A stretch of 64,000 nt of DNA, taken from positions 20,894,001 through 20,958,000 of the forward strand of contig NC_043008.1 in the NCBI RefSeq assembly GCF_006345805.1. Direction: 5' to 3'. Below the pieces are notes generated by a model, which was not told the origin of the DNA, did not search any database, and was given only the letters and a program-made list of their open reading frames with translations. A program made the position numbers and the translations under genes. Numbering within the stretch: the first letter of the stretch is position 1; each line of letters starts with the position of its first letter. Below, piece by piece: positions 26,006-38,944 of the stretch. The DNA is from Octopus sinensis. Its lineage: Eukaryota.

Positions 26006-28035
26006 TTTCACCGCAAGCATTTCAGAAATAAATATTTTCCTGTCTTTTCTCCCTTATACGTCTTCTAATACTTGCATGACAATTTACAAATGCTGATAAT
26101 GACAGTTCAAACTTTGCAACTGGAAAAACTGCTTTTGATAGTTCGTCATGAATTTTATATTTAGGCCGAGAATCATGGTTTGTTAAACCAGATTTGTGAT
26201 TGTGTAACTCCACAATTTACTCAGTATGAATATCAAGACATGGTCGACAGGACACTGTGAAGGTATGCCACGCGCTCTCATTCTCAGTTGAAGTCGGTGC
26301 TGCAGATTTGTAGCAGGGTTTGTGTTCTGTTTCCTACAGAATATTGATCTTACACCAAACAAATGAAGTGAACCACCAACGATATAGGCATTGCAGCTGA
26401 AACCAACCCTAGGTCGCTGTGGTTGATAAGAGACCGCAGACGGAACCCTTCTGTGATCGAACACTAAATCAGTTTTCGCTGCCCCACTCAGGTGAATCGC
26501 ATTACATAAGGGGGCGAAAAGGTTGGAACCTAAGATGTATTCAGATGGTACGGAAGCATTTCCAATATAATGAAGGATTCTGAAGACAAGCGTGCAATAA
26601 TTCTGCGTAGCCCCTACGTTTTCTATATACGTAGGGCGAAGCATTTCCGATGCTTCTTTCACCTGTAATTCGCTATAATCTCTTGCTATCGTGTTTTATT
26701 TCTCTCTTCCAATTTGAAAATTGCGAATTGATTAGCTCAGATTTTTAATACATTACATGGATATAGTTGTGAACTAGCGAGAATTAGTTTTAAGAACACC
26801 TAGTTTCTTCTGAGTGTCACCATATGACAAAGTAATTGCCGTTATTAACATTTTATTGATATTAATATACGGCACATTTACATCATTTACATGCTACTGA
26901 GAGCAGTCAATATATTTCAACTAAAATCTTTCCGTCTTAAGCAAAATGGAAGACATTAACCCAGCATGTTATTAGTAGTAAAAGCTTAGTAATAAACATG
27001 TACCACGCCACCAATAGTGAAAACTATATCTCTAGAGGCAAACTATTGCCAAATTGCGCTGCCAGCAGTACATAAAAATTTTATAAATTGAATAATTATG
27101 TAACATATGTGAATAATATTACAATACATTAACTATTTATAATCATCAAGATATTTTGAGTTTTAAATTAATTTTAAACTGCTTTGAAATTTTATATTGA
27201 ATTGATGAATTAAATACTTAAACCAAACTAATCTACACGTGAAATGATTGCTTGAATATTTTGCCCAGAATATATAAAATATTACGCATTAGTTTTGAAG
27301 TGGTTATTATATAATATAATAAAAATAAACAATGCAATAACTTAGAATAGAAAACAAAATTTTACATCACTAGGCTTTAAATTTTTCAATTTAATTCTTT
27401 GGTCTATGAACACCACTGGAAAATTGATGTATTCAATCATTTAATACTATAATAACTATGGTCCCTCTGCGAATTGTTTTTCCATTATTGTTCAGTCATA
27501 ATACAATATGAATCAAAGTATTTAAAAATAAGTTTAAAAGGTTTTATTTGATTGCTCAGTTAATATGACTGATTAGTCTAAATTCTCATTAATATAAATT
27601 TGTAAATAAACTAATAAAAGTAGCGTATTCTAGCCTGCAACACCAAACTTTTAGTAACCCAAAACATAGCAAGTAATACATGGTAATTTTTAAGAGGCCA
27701 TGCTGGGGCACCACTTTGAAGAAACTTCAATCGAATAAATCGACACCGGTTTTTATTTTATAAGCCTGGTACTTATTCTATCGGTCACCTTTGCTGAACT
27801 GCTAGTTTACGAAAGCATAAACACAGCAAAACAAGCTGTCAAGTAGTAGTTAGGGGAAAACGCAGACCCAAAGATAAACATACACAAGCACACACACACA
27901 CGCAAACAAATACATAGACACAGACACACACAGACACGCACACACATACACACATACACACACACATACAAAAGTATATATAAATATATACATCTATATA
28001 CATATATATATATATATAATATTACATGCATATAT

Positions 28036-28261
28036 CTTTTACTCTTATTTTTTTCACTTGCTTCAGTCATTTGACTGCGGCCATGCTGGAGCACCGCCTT
28101 TAGTCGAACAAATCGACCCCAGTGTTTATCCTTTGTAAGGCTAGTACTTATTCCATCGGTCAGATTTGCCGAACAGCTAAGTTACGGAGACGTAAACACA
28201 CCAACATCGGTTGCCAAGCGATGTGGGGGAACAAACACAGACGCACAATACATACATACAT

Positions 28262-28310
<49 letters not shown>

Positions 28311-28459
28311 CAACGGGCTTCTTAAAGTTTCCGTATACTAAATCGACTCACAAGGCTTCGGTCGGCCTGAAGACACTTGCTCAAGGTGCTACGCAGTGAG
28401 ACTGAACCCGGAACCATGTAGTTGGGAAGCAAGCTTCTTACCAGACAGCCAGTCCTGCG

Positions 28460-28461
<2 letters not shown>
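28036..28461 (-). mobile_element. tRNA-derived SINE family C (CORE-like) with internal microsatellite
   Basis: Reverse-complement match to 54435-54826, including the head and the caccttg(a/g)gcaagtgtcttc segment. Confidence 0.8.
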
Positions 28462-28498
<37 letters not shown>

Positions 28499-28513
28499 GC
28501 ATACATACATACA

Positions 28514-28547
<34 letters not shown>

Positions 28548-29077
28548 CATACATACATACATACATATATACATACATACATACATACATACATACATAC
28601 ATACAAACATACATACATATATACATACATACATACATATATACATACATACATACATACATACATACACATATATACCGACATTTTTAACTTAGTTAAA
28701 TGTAAACGTTTGTTAAGACAATGGAGAAAGACAATTAAAGAGTGCACCGGTGCCTTTTTTAAGACTATTCTTGAATGTGAGTTCATCTGAGTAAAGAAGA
28801 TATCTATCATGGAACTTTTAAAACTATGTGGAATTTAAACAAACCTCTACAATACAGGACTTTAAAGCTTGGCATGTTATCAGTGGTTATGTCAAAAACT
28901 TCTAAGAAATATCAGTGTTTCTTTCATATACAGATGCATTTTAGAACTTTCCCGGATGCATATAAAAAATGGACTGTTGGATGTAGTTAAGCACACTTTA
29001 TATATTCTGATTATGATTTATTTCCAGCAAATCAGTGTTGTAATCGCTGAATAATGAAACGATTTCAGCAGAATATC

Positions 29078-29310
29078 CATTTCTTTACTGCCCACAAGGG
29101 GCTATACATAGATGGGGCAAACAAGGACAGACAAACGGATTAAGTCAATTATATCGACCCCAGTGCGTAACTAGTACTTAATTTATCGACTCGGAAAGGA
29201 TGAAAGGCAAAGTCGACCTCGGCGGAATTTGAACTCAGAACGTAGCGGCAGACGAAATACCGCTAGGCATTTCGCCCGGCGTGCTAACGTTTCTGCCAGC
29301 TCGCCGCCTT
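29078..29310 (-). mobile_element. SINE family B, full length, with TSD
   Basis: Perfect 15-bp TSD TTTCAGCAGAATATC at 29063-29077 and 29311-29325. Confidence 0.92.
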
Positions 29311-30298
29311 TTTCAGCAGAATATCAGTACAACAAAAACAGTATAGCGGGGACACAGCAAGGATTTGGAAATGGCAGCATGATGACTGTCATTTGTTGAA
29401 ATCGGCTACAAGAAGGATTTTACAAAATTATAACCATATTCTCCCTTTTCTTCAAGTAAACCAAACCAAATTGCGTGGCATAACACCAGGCCAGGAATTT
29501 CTCTGCTTCATTTGTTTTGGAATGTCTTCAATTTTGTATGATGCATTCCTGCCAATAACGTGAATATATAGTTGGCGTTATTGACGAAAGTCTCCGAAAT
29601 ATAGTATCGTATATGATCTCTTGCAAAACAGACGTCAACATAGTCTACGCACCGTTGGACAACGACATTACAGATCGGTGAAATACAACTACAAATTTCC
29701 TCTGCTAGTTTTGTGTTCACCTCAAGGAATGCTTTGAGGCCTCATGAGAAGATTGCTGTGTGTGTGCGTGTGTGTGTGTGTGTGTGTATTTGTGTTTGTG
29801 TTTGTGTCTGTGTCTATGTATGTATGTATGTAAATATGTAGTATGTATGTAGGTAGGTATGTATATATGTATATTTGCATGAATGTATATATGCATATAT
29901 ATATATATATATACGTATATATACACATACACTTATACATATATATACATATATATGTGTGTGTGTGTATGTATATATATATATATATATACTTACACAT
30001 ACATATACATATATATGTATATGTGTGTATATATATATATACATACACACATATATTTATACATTTATGTGTGTGTGAGTGTGTGTGTGAGAGTGTGCGT
30101 GTGTGTGTGTGTGTGTGCGTGCGTGCGTGCGTGTGTGCGTGCATGTGTGTGTGGAATAAGCGTCCGAAAGTGATTTGAAAAGTTCTAATTTTCTTTCCGA
30201 TGAAAGACAACTGTATTTTGTTGTGTAGTGTTATTAATACCGATATTACCAAAGAAAGTTCCAGTAAATTCCCTTTGCAATTCTTTTCTTATCTACAG

Positions 30299-30409
30299 AA
30301 GCCAACAGAGGAGAACATTGAAGAATGTACAGCTTCCACCTTCGCTATTCTCAGCAAGAATCTGTTAATACGAAACAAAACACCTGGGAATCAGTTTGAA
30401 CTACAGACG
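30299..30409 (+). CDS. Candidate internal coding exon of an unidentified host gene (KPTEENIEECTASTFAILSKNLLIRNKTPGNQFELQT)
   Basis: Strong acceptor ttccctttgcaattcttttcttatctacag and donor ACG/gtaaat. 111 nt, phase 0-0; only that frame is open. Confidence 0.5.
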
Positions 30410-30823
30410 GTAAATAAATGTATGTATGTTTGTACTGAGTATGTGTGGGGTATGTATTTATATGGGTATGTATGTATTATATATGTATGTGGGTATGTAT
30501 TATATGGGCATGCATTTATATTTGGATGTGGGTATGTATGTATGTTTGAATGTATGTATTATGTATGTGTGTATATATCTGAGTGTACATGTACACGCGT
30601 GTACATACACAGAGAAAGACATACTAACAAATACATGCCTATCGATATATATATATATCAGTATATTATGTGGATGTATGTGTACATATTTATACGAATG
30701 TATATTCATGTATATTTGTGCATCAGACTGTATGAGTGTCTATATATGCACAAACATATAGGCACGTACATTAGTGTAGCAGTAATGCGTGTGCGCGCGG
30801 GTAGTGTGTGTGTGTGTGTGTGT

Positions 30824-30876
<53 letters not shown>

Positions 30877-31329
30877 CTGTGTTTACACATGAATAAAAAA
30901 TTTAAAATGGTTCTAACTGCGAACTCAACCAGCCCCCCGAAATAGTCGTTACATATCAAGACCTGTTATATATACACATTACAGACGACCGGGGAATAAA
31001 TTTAACAAATTCTAGGATTATAAAGATTTTCCGACAAAATTGCGAACACGAATTAAATTAGCTAGTTATTTCTCAAAGGACATTTTCTGCTATTTTCCTT
31101 TGTATTGTTTCGGTTTAATATTGTTTGTATATATATTCAATAATATCAAGTAAAGCTCAACCATTTAATGATAAATAACGGGTATTGATCCTGCTACTTA
31201 CAGGTTCCAAATGCTGAGAGTTTTTATTTGCTTTGAATTTGTTTTTTTAACATAATTGTTACAAATAAAACAGATAATGATATTTCGTATTCGTCATGTA
31301 CAAATCTACTTATTGATTGATATTCTTTC

Positions 31330-31685
31330 CTCTTCTAGGCACAAGGCCGGAAATTTTTTGGGAGGGTGGGTGCCTGTTGATTACATCGACCCTAGTACGC
31401 AACTGGTGCTTAATCTATCGACGCCGAAAGGATGAAAGGCGAAGTCTGCCTCGGCGGAATTTAAGCTCAGAACGTAAAGAAAGACGAAATACCTATTTCT
31501 TTACTACCCACAAGGGGCTAAACACAGATAGGACAAACAAGGATAGACAAATGGATTAAGTCGATTACATCGACCCCAGTGCGTAACTGGTACTTAATTT
31601 ATCGACCCCGAAAGGATGAAAGGCAAAGTCGACCTCGGCGGAATTTGAACTCAGAACGTAACGGCAGACGAAATACGGCTACGCA
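31330..31685 (-). mobile_element. SINE family B/B2 dimer
   Basis: Two units joined at gacgaaatac-ctatttc (~31490). Confidence 0.8.
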
Positions 31686-32056
31686 TGTATTTAAAAGGGC
31701 CGGCCACGTCACATTTTATGTCACGCAAAATCTCCCTCAGAACTACGTCACATTTTATGTCACGCAAAATCTCCCTCAGAACTACTTCACATTTTATGTC
31801 ACGCAAAATCTCCCTCAGAACTACGTCACATTTTATGTCACGCAAAATCTCCCTCAGAACTACTTCACATTTTGTCACGTAAAATCTCCCCAGAACTACG
31901 TCACATTTTATGTCACGCAAAATCTCCCTCAGAACTACGTTAAGTCTTCACACGTCTGTGGAGTGCTCAACCACTCTCGCGTTAATTTCAATCAAGAGCA
32001 TGATATTTCTGTTGATAGGATCAACTGGAACCCTCGTCGTCGTAACCGACGGGGTG
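31686..32056 (+). mobile_element. SINE family A body fragment containing a 39-bp x6 minisatellite (31708-31938)
   Basis: Flanks match the 14964 copy (gggccggcc...gagaactacgttaag...ccctcgtcgtcgtaaccgacgg). Unit GTCACATTTTATGTCACGCAAAATCTCCCTCAGAACTAC. Confidence 0.85.
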
Positions 32057-32725
32057 ACAGTAACCACCAAAACCATCATCACCACCAACACCACCATCAC
32101 CAGTATCGCCGTCTTTCAATTCTTGTCATATACCACACTGAAAACTTATACATAAGTCCTAAGGCATACCTTGAACTCAGACCATTTGTCTCTAACACAA
32201 GGATAGGATTTTCAATGTTCTTAACAGGATGCCTGTACTCGCTGAAGACCGTCTACATGAAATGTCTAAATATCAAAATACTATAAATATCTTCTTGTGG
32301 CTTAGCTACTTGTCTCTAACTGTTTTCTAATGCTATTCTTTAATACAACCTCTCTACTTATTTTTATTCATAGCTCTGATAGAGTGAATACACAGATATA
32401 TGTTATTCATACATAACTAGAAACATCGGAAAATCGTTGCTTTCGTCTGCTGATGTGTATTGGGAATGTATTCTGCAACAAATAGACGTATTAACTAAAA
32501 ATGAAATGAAGAATTATTTATATGTTTGTACGTCTGTATTTTATCTGTATGTAGAGAAAGTAAATACTTGGAGTAGAGAAGAGAACATAGGTCGATAAGT
32601 AAATAAAACTCATACAGCTGCCCACTCGTTTTGCTAATTAGATCGACGAGCAGATAGATAGCGAAATAATGAATGAATGGTTGTGCGGTTGATGAGATAA
32701 GTGCGGATATCCAAACGCATTTATA

Positions 32726-33994
32726 TTTTGGGTTGAGGAATAATTCATTAGCGAATTTGGTTTTTTTTTCTTTTGTCTCTTTCAAATTTAAAAATGCACA
32801 AAGAAATAAAACGTATTGGCAAAAAGTTTTGTGTTAGTTAAAAGAGAATTTTTTGTTCTACAAAATAGTGTGTTTTGATTTTTTAAAATTTTATTGATTT
32901 TTGTGTATTTTCAGATCCTTAAAATGAACCCCAAATCTGAGCATTTTCGACATCATTTGCTTGTTGCAAATCGAGGCGTTAAGCCCGCTGAAGCTGCTCG
33001 TGTGATGTGTGCTGTGTATGGAGAAGGATTAATGCCTCCAAATACCGCCCGCCTTTGGTTTTCACGCTTCAAAAATGGGAATTTTTATCCCAAGGATGGA
33101 TCACACACCGGTCGACCAATTGAGTTCGATGAAGAGTGATTGAATCAACTTCTTCATTTAAATCCACGTCAAACGATCAGAGAATTTACGAAGCAGATGG
33201 ATTGTGATAAAAAAAAAACTGTGGTGAACTACAAAGTTCAGAAACCCGGCGCTTGGGTGTCACACACTTTGAGCGAAAACAATAAAAATCAATGCTCCAC
33301 AACCGCTGCCAGCTTACTCGCCCGACATCGCTCAACACAAGATCACAAACAGCGTTTTCTTTGTCACTGGCGAGGGAAAATGGTGCCTTTCTGTCAATAT
33401 GAAGCAGCGACAAAATGGCTCAGCCCCGGAAAACAAGCGAATCCGCGAGCAAAAAAGACTTTTATCCTCGAAAGACCATATTGTGTTTATGGTGGTAATG
33501 GGAAGGCATAATTCATTATCAACTGTGCGCAACCAATCACTTTATGCGGAGCTCTACGTTCAACAACTGCATCGACTGAACGAAGTAATTCAGCCAAAAA
33601 GACAGAATAGGCGAAATGGCGTTCTTCTGCAACATGACTACGCCCGTCCTCATATCGCCAATATGACCAAAGTCGCAATTCAAGAACTCGAATGAAAAGT
33701 GCTGCCTCATCCTCCATATTCTCTGGACTTGGCGCCGTCAGATTTTCATCTCTTTCGACCACTTTCGAACGCTTTGCACGGTAGATCGTTCTGTAATGAC
33801 GTGGAATTGAGGGCTTGGTTGGACGAATTCTTTGAGTCAAGACCGGGAGATTTCTATCGCTGGGGCATCGAAAAACTTATTGAACGATAGGAGGAAGTCG
33901 TAAACAACAATGGAGATTATATTATGGATCAATTTATTGTAGTTTTTTTAAAATAAATTTGGAAAACGCTCATGAACTATTCTTCAACTCAATA
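32726..33994 (+). mobile_element. Full-length decayed mariner transposon (~1.27 kb)
   Basis: 30-bp inverted ends including the TA (25/30 identical). Transposase from 32924: HTH...GRP...WVSHTL...LQHDYARPH...HPPYSLDLAPSDFHLF, with stops and frameshifts. Confidence 0.92.
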
Positions 33995-33999
33995 TATAC

Positions 34000-34238
34000 T
34001 CTTTTACTCTTTTATTTGTTTCCGTCATTAGACCACGACCATGCTGGTGCACCGCATTGAAGAAATTTAGTCAGACTATTAGGTGTTATTAGATCACTTG
34101 CAGACTTAATCTGTAGAGATAACATTAAGAAGTGAAATAAAGTGTCTTGCTCAAGGACACAACGCGCCGCCGGGAATCGAACTCACGACCTAACGATCTT
34201 AAGCCGGATACCCAAGCCACTAAACCACGCGCCTTCAC
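34000..34238 (-). mobile_element. tRNA-derived SINE family F (CORE-like), partial
   Basis: Minus-strand head gaaggcgcgtggtttagtgg...gagttcgattcccgg...tgtgtccttgagcaagacactt; related copy at 56300-56708. Confidence 0.7.
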
Positions 34239-34839
34239 AAATACGACTAAGCGGGAAATCTTCAAAAGTAATGTAGTTTTGGAGTAAATGATTCCGAGTT
34301 CAAATTCTGCTGAGGTTGATTTGGTCTAAAAGTCTGCTTTTCTCGCTGCTAATGCAGTTGTTTTTCTGTTTACTATTGTTGTTGATGTTGATATCCTTGT
34401 AGTTGTTATTGATGTTATTGTTAATATGTTGTTGATGATGATATTGTTGATGTTGTTGGTGTTGTCGTTACTGTTTTTTGACGGTGTTGATTGGATGTTG
34501 GGGTTTAGTTTTCGGTGTTGACTGATGCGTAGCTGTGAAGTAAGAATTTAACATCGTATGTATGAGATCTTGCTTTCGATGTTACTCCGACGCATTCTGG
34601 ACAAATTCACTGACCATAGCATCGGGTCGACCCAAGCCTTGACAAGAATAACTTCGGTAGGCGAAAACTGTATAGAAGCCTATCAAAGAGACTATATTTG
34701 TGAGCCAAAATGTCTGCCCTTGTAATATTAGCTTCACACTGATTCCGCCTGAGAATTACGATCAGTATATACATGTCTGCGGTTTATTCAGCCACTTAGC
34801 ATGCTAAATCAACAATCGTGAGTGTTTATTGTTTTCACT

Positions 34840-34932
34840 CAATAAACACTCACAACACCCGGTCTGGGAATCGAAACCGCGATCCTCCGACCGCGAGTCC
34901 GCTGCCCTAATCACGGGACAATTGCGCCTCCA
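34840..34932 (-). mobile_element. SINE family A head fragment
   Basis: Reverse complement of ggaggcgcaat...gcagcggactcgcggtcgg...tttcgattcccagaccgg. Confidence 0.8.
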
Positions 34933-36569
34933 TACAGACTATATAATTCACTAATATAATAGACTACAACCTTCTCTCTCAAATGTAACCTTTGGCTCAA
35001 ACCTAGAAACCGTTGTGGCATAGAATAGATATGAAAGTGATATTAGAAGCCGTGTCCAATAAAATTCGAACCCACACTGCAAAACTTATGCTGTGTTCTG
35101 CTATTTTTACTGACTGGCGTCTCATTTTATATCGTCTCGCTTCCATTCTGATAAATATCGACCGAATCAATAACGTGGTTGAGCCGTATTATCTAACTAA
35201 ACAAGAACATTTGGCAAACTTTTTTCATTTATATTTTAAGACCAGATATGTAATATAACTGACAAACTTTATATAGAAGTCATTTATTCATGTTGTTCCA
35301 AAGATATCATATACGAAAATTATTGATCGCCCTCTGTTTTATGTAAGGAAGACTATGGTAAGCCTAACATTAGACATATGCATGCATAAGTGTGTTATGC
35401 ATATAAGCACGTATGTTATGCATGAATGTGTATATGTATGTACGATGTAGGTATGTATATGTATATGTATGTGCGTGTGATGTATGTTCTTGATTGGTGT
35501 TTTAGAAATTTTTGACCCCCGTCATGTGTTCGGTAGTAAGGTCGCAAAGAAAAGGATCTTGTCTGCTTCACCATCTTTCTCCCAACCATTCATTCTCTAT
35601 ATTTTATGGGGGGTCTTTGCGTACGTATCTATAGCGTGGAAGGCACCAGCAACAAAAATGCCTTCAGATTGCTATATCTGCAAAAACTGACATGAGAATG
35701 AATATATTATCTTAGCAATAAAATGGAAATGGTTAATAAGGAAACTTTGGGTTATTGAAAGAATTTGCAAACGCTTCTTTTTTCTTTTTTCTTTATATAA
35801 TGAAGTTTGGATATAAGATTGCCGTTAGTTATCGGTTTCTAATCACTAACTCGCTGCGTTTCTGCTATTTAGATTGATAAAATCCCAGTCAAAGTAGCTC
35901 GAATAAGATCAACGTTGGTAGGTATTTTGTTCGAAACACCGGTTTATCTGCAATTATATTCATCTCACCAATATTAACGTTTTGCTGATACATATTCACA
36001 CATATATACATATTAGGTGGGCGTCGAAATTTTGTATTCTGATTCCACATATTCTTTGGAGTTCACTTTGGGGTAAGAAATAAATTAACAAATTTTGAAA
36101 AGTAAGCGACCACTCTTTCCCCTCGCATAGCCACCCCCTAATTCTGTGTTTTGAATACTGAAAATGTAAGGAACTGTAAATATGTTTTATTGCTATTAAC
36201 TTTGCATTGGTTAAATATTACCCATATAACATTTTATAAATTATATGCAACCCCACTTCCACCTGAAAAACAAACAGTTATTGGAATCTTTAGTTCGTAT
36301 TAATTTTAATTTTTCTTATTTAAAAAAAAACTATATTCAAAAACGCACTTTCGACGGAAAAGAAATGTAAATTCTTAATGACTATTATGATATGCAATAA
36401 AAAAAATATGCACGAACCTCAAACGAAATACGTTAACAGTGAACACCATAAAATAAACATTAATAGTATTTGCTATTTAATTAAATGGTCATCGTCTTTT
36501 TCAGTCGAAATGAGTTAAACTTTATCCTGTTTTCTGTACATTTAGTATGAATTTGTGCCTATTTTCGTA

Positions 36570-37010
36570 GCCTGTTCTGACTTCAGAAGCTTGTGTCATT
36601 AAATTGATAGCATGCTCGATTCTTTGGCTATGGCAAGGAAGAGGTATTCGCTATGACAGTCAGTTCTTTTTATTTGTTTTCATAATGCGTGCAGATGCAT
36701 ATACCAAATATTTGATTGAACTCCTCCAATTTCTTATCAAAAATATCACTTCTATGCTTGATAGGTATTTGTTTTTAATTTACAGGCAGATTCAATCAAT
36801 CTCTCAATTTTTAGAGTTATTCCCTCAAACACAATACAAGGAAAAGAAAATTTGTCCCATAGTGTTTGCATATCTGCAGCAACAATCCGGTAGCATTTTT
36901 CGTTGTAGGTGAAATTTTTGATATCTGTTCTTCACGTTTTCTTATGTATAAATGTCAGAATAAATCAGTCTTCGATGGGGTCATTTCTGTAGGAAATTCT
37001 ACAGAAAACC
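36570..37010 (-). mobile_element. Highly decayed DNA-transposase N-terminus, hATm/cc8K15.2-like
   Basis: Broken frames PTEMTPSKTDLF...VAADMQTLWDKFSFPCIVFEGITLKIERLI...EFNQIFGICICTH...EYLFLAIAKESSML resemble the LPT..VL / IW-KA-IP..KI..L / FDI..C-C / E..FL-DQR pattern (recognised from memory). Confidence 0.4.
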
Positions 37011-37539
37011 CAAATGCTGAATTACAGCTTTTACTTCTAGTTGCTATCATATAATTTTATATACTTAAATTATTACAGTTTAAATTTATGAAGGTATTTT
37101 TGTAAAATTATTATACAATTTAGCTCTGAAATAATCTGAAAAACAAAACAAATGATTTAACAAATATATAAATTTTCTAAAAAATCAATTCATTTAACAC
37201 AAATTGATAAGTAATTTTACCATATTGGAAGGATACCTACTTACGAATTGTCTCAATGTTTTTGCTATCTTCATTCATCAGATGATTTAAACAAGGTTTC
37301 TACAGTGAAACATGATCAAATGTTTCATATTCATACGCAATTTAGTACATATGTGTTAGAGGTGTTAGAGATTATAAGATTAATATAGAAAATTGGAGTA
37401 TTTAATTGTGGGGGTGTATGTGAGGGATATTGGGGGACAAATAGCACTATTTTTGTATATATATTTTGTTTAAAATACTATTTGGAACTCTGTGACTACC
37501 ATATAATTAAGGTTCCTTAAAAAATGGTTGTTTCGACTA

Positions 37540-37571
<32 letters not shown>

Positions 37572-37581
37572 TATATATATA

Positions 37582-38101
37582 CCGTAAGTCCTGGAGTATA
37601 ATCCGCATTTTTTCCAAAACTTTAAAGGTCGAAATCCCCAGTGCGTAACAAATACGAGGTTAGAAATTTAAGATATTTTCTAAGCAATGTCTGAGTCTCT
37701 ATTTCCTGTCCAGCAATGTTTATTCAGACGCATTTTTTATGTCGGGTGCGAAAATACCTTAAGCTAAGCCTGAAAGCAATGAAGTCATAAAAGAATCATC
37801 CATAACTTACACCAAGCAACATTTATTTAAATAAAAGTATTCAGAACACAGAATAACATGTAACAAAAATAACTTGCAAACATATTTACATTCCCATATA
37901 ACAGTTAAGAACATCACCATTATTGTATTACGCATGCACGGAAGTGTTTGTTCGACTAGGTGCTGCTAGCTTAAATACGCCCGACTCACGTTATAGAAGG
38001 GTTGCGTATTATACACAAGATTTGGGTTTTTCAGAGGTACAGCCCCCTAAAGGTCCTCTGCGTATTATACTCAAGGGCGGACAATACTCGAGGATTTACG
38101 G
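37582..38101. mobile_element. 520-bp pogo/Tc2-type MITE
   Basis: TIRs CCGTAAGTCCTGGAGTATAATCCGC and CCGTAAATCCTCGAGTATTGTCCGC (21/25), TA TSD within (TA)n. Confidence 0.8.
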
Positions 38102-38134
38102 TATATATATATATATATAACAAATATATAACAA

Positions 38135-38320
38135 AAGCACTAAGACTTACAAATATATATAGCATAGTAAAAATAACACTAATAGACACCACACTCATCC
38201 TACGTAAAACATTTTCAATACAGGGAAAATGAAAGCACCATAACAAACCACAGCACATACCCAAGGTATACAGAGTTGCGCTCATTAGAGAAAGCACCTG
38301 ATCAAAATAAGACTACTGAA
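38135..38320 (+). mobile_element. Second, older copy of R4/Dong family X 3' end
   Basis: LTNIYSIVKITLIDTTLILRKTFSIQ plus the cacagcacatacccaagg...gcgctc UTR shared with 21185. Confidence 0.65.
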
Positions 38321-38371
38321 GAAGAAGAAGAAGAAGAAGAAGAAGAAGAAGAAGAATAGTAATAATAATAA

Positions 38372-38901
38372 TTCTCATGGCTTCTGATCTTAACTGATTG
38401 GAAGTGTTATCATGTACATTGTTTTGTCTTGGTATAAAAGATGGGCTACTGCAAATATTCTGCTCAATACCACAGATTTGCTTGTCAGTTGTTTGACCTT
38501 AACCAGTTGAGCATGTCCCTTAGTGGCTGACGATATGTGCATCTCTGATCACGAGCAGAAGTAGTGGGGGAGCATCATACCCATGTGTTGAGAGGGATTC
38601 TTTGGGGTTTGAATAATTCACCTCTGGAAACATGGGTAGTTTTTTTCAACATCCTCAAACAACCCTTATTAAGGGACCGTTTGAGCGGGATGGGCTACTC
38701 AACCTGACGAAAATTCTAACTTGGCTCCACCTGCAAGGTCATGTGCTGTTTATCTTGATATGAGATCACCATGTCGCGCACATATGGTTGTGATGCATGT
38801 GCCTGGTGAACCCTTATCAGACGGGTAGTCATGATGGGTATATTGAGCTTCGTATATTTTACCCCAGTGTCACTTTGATGGCATGAACTGCTCTCTTACT
38901 C

Positions 38902-38944
<43 letters not shown>

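Noticed and set aside
31708-31938. Regularly spaced 39-bp repeats resembling a CRISPR array
   Set aside because: The units are directly contiguous with no unique spacers, derive from a SINE body, and the genome is eukaryotic with no cas genes.
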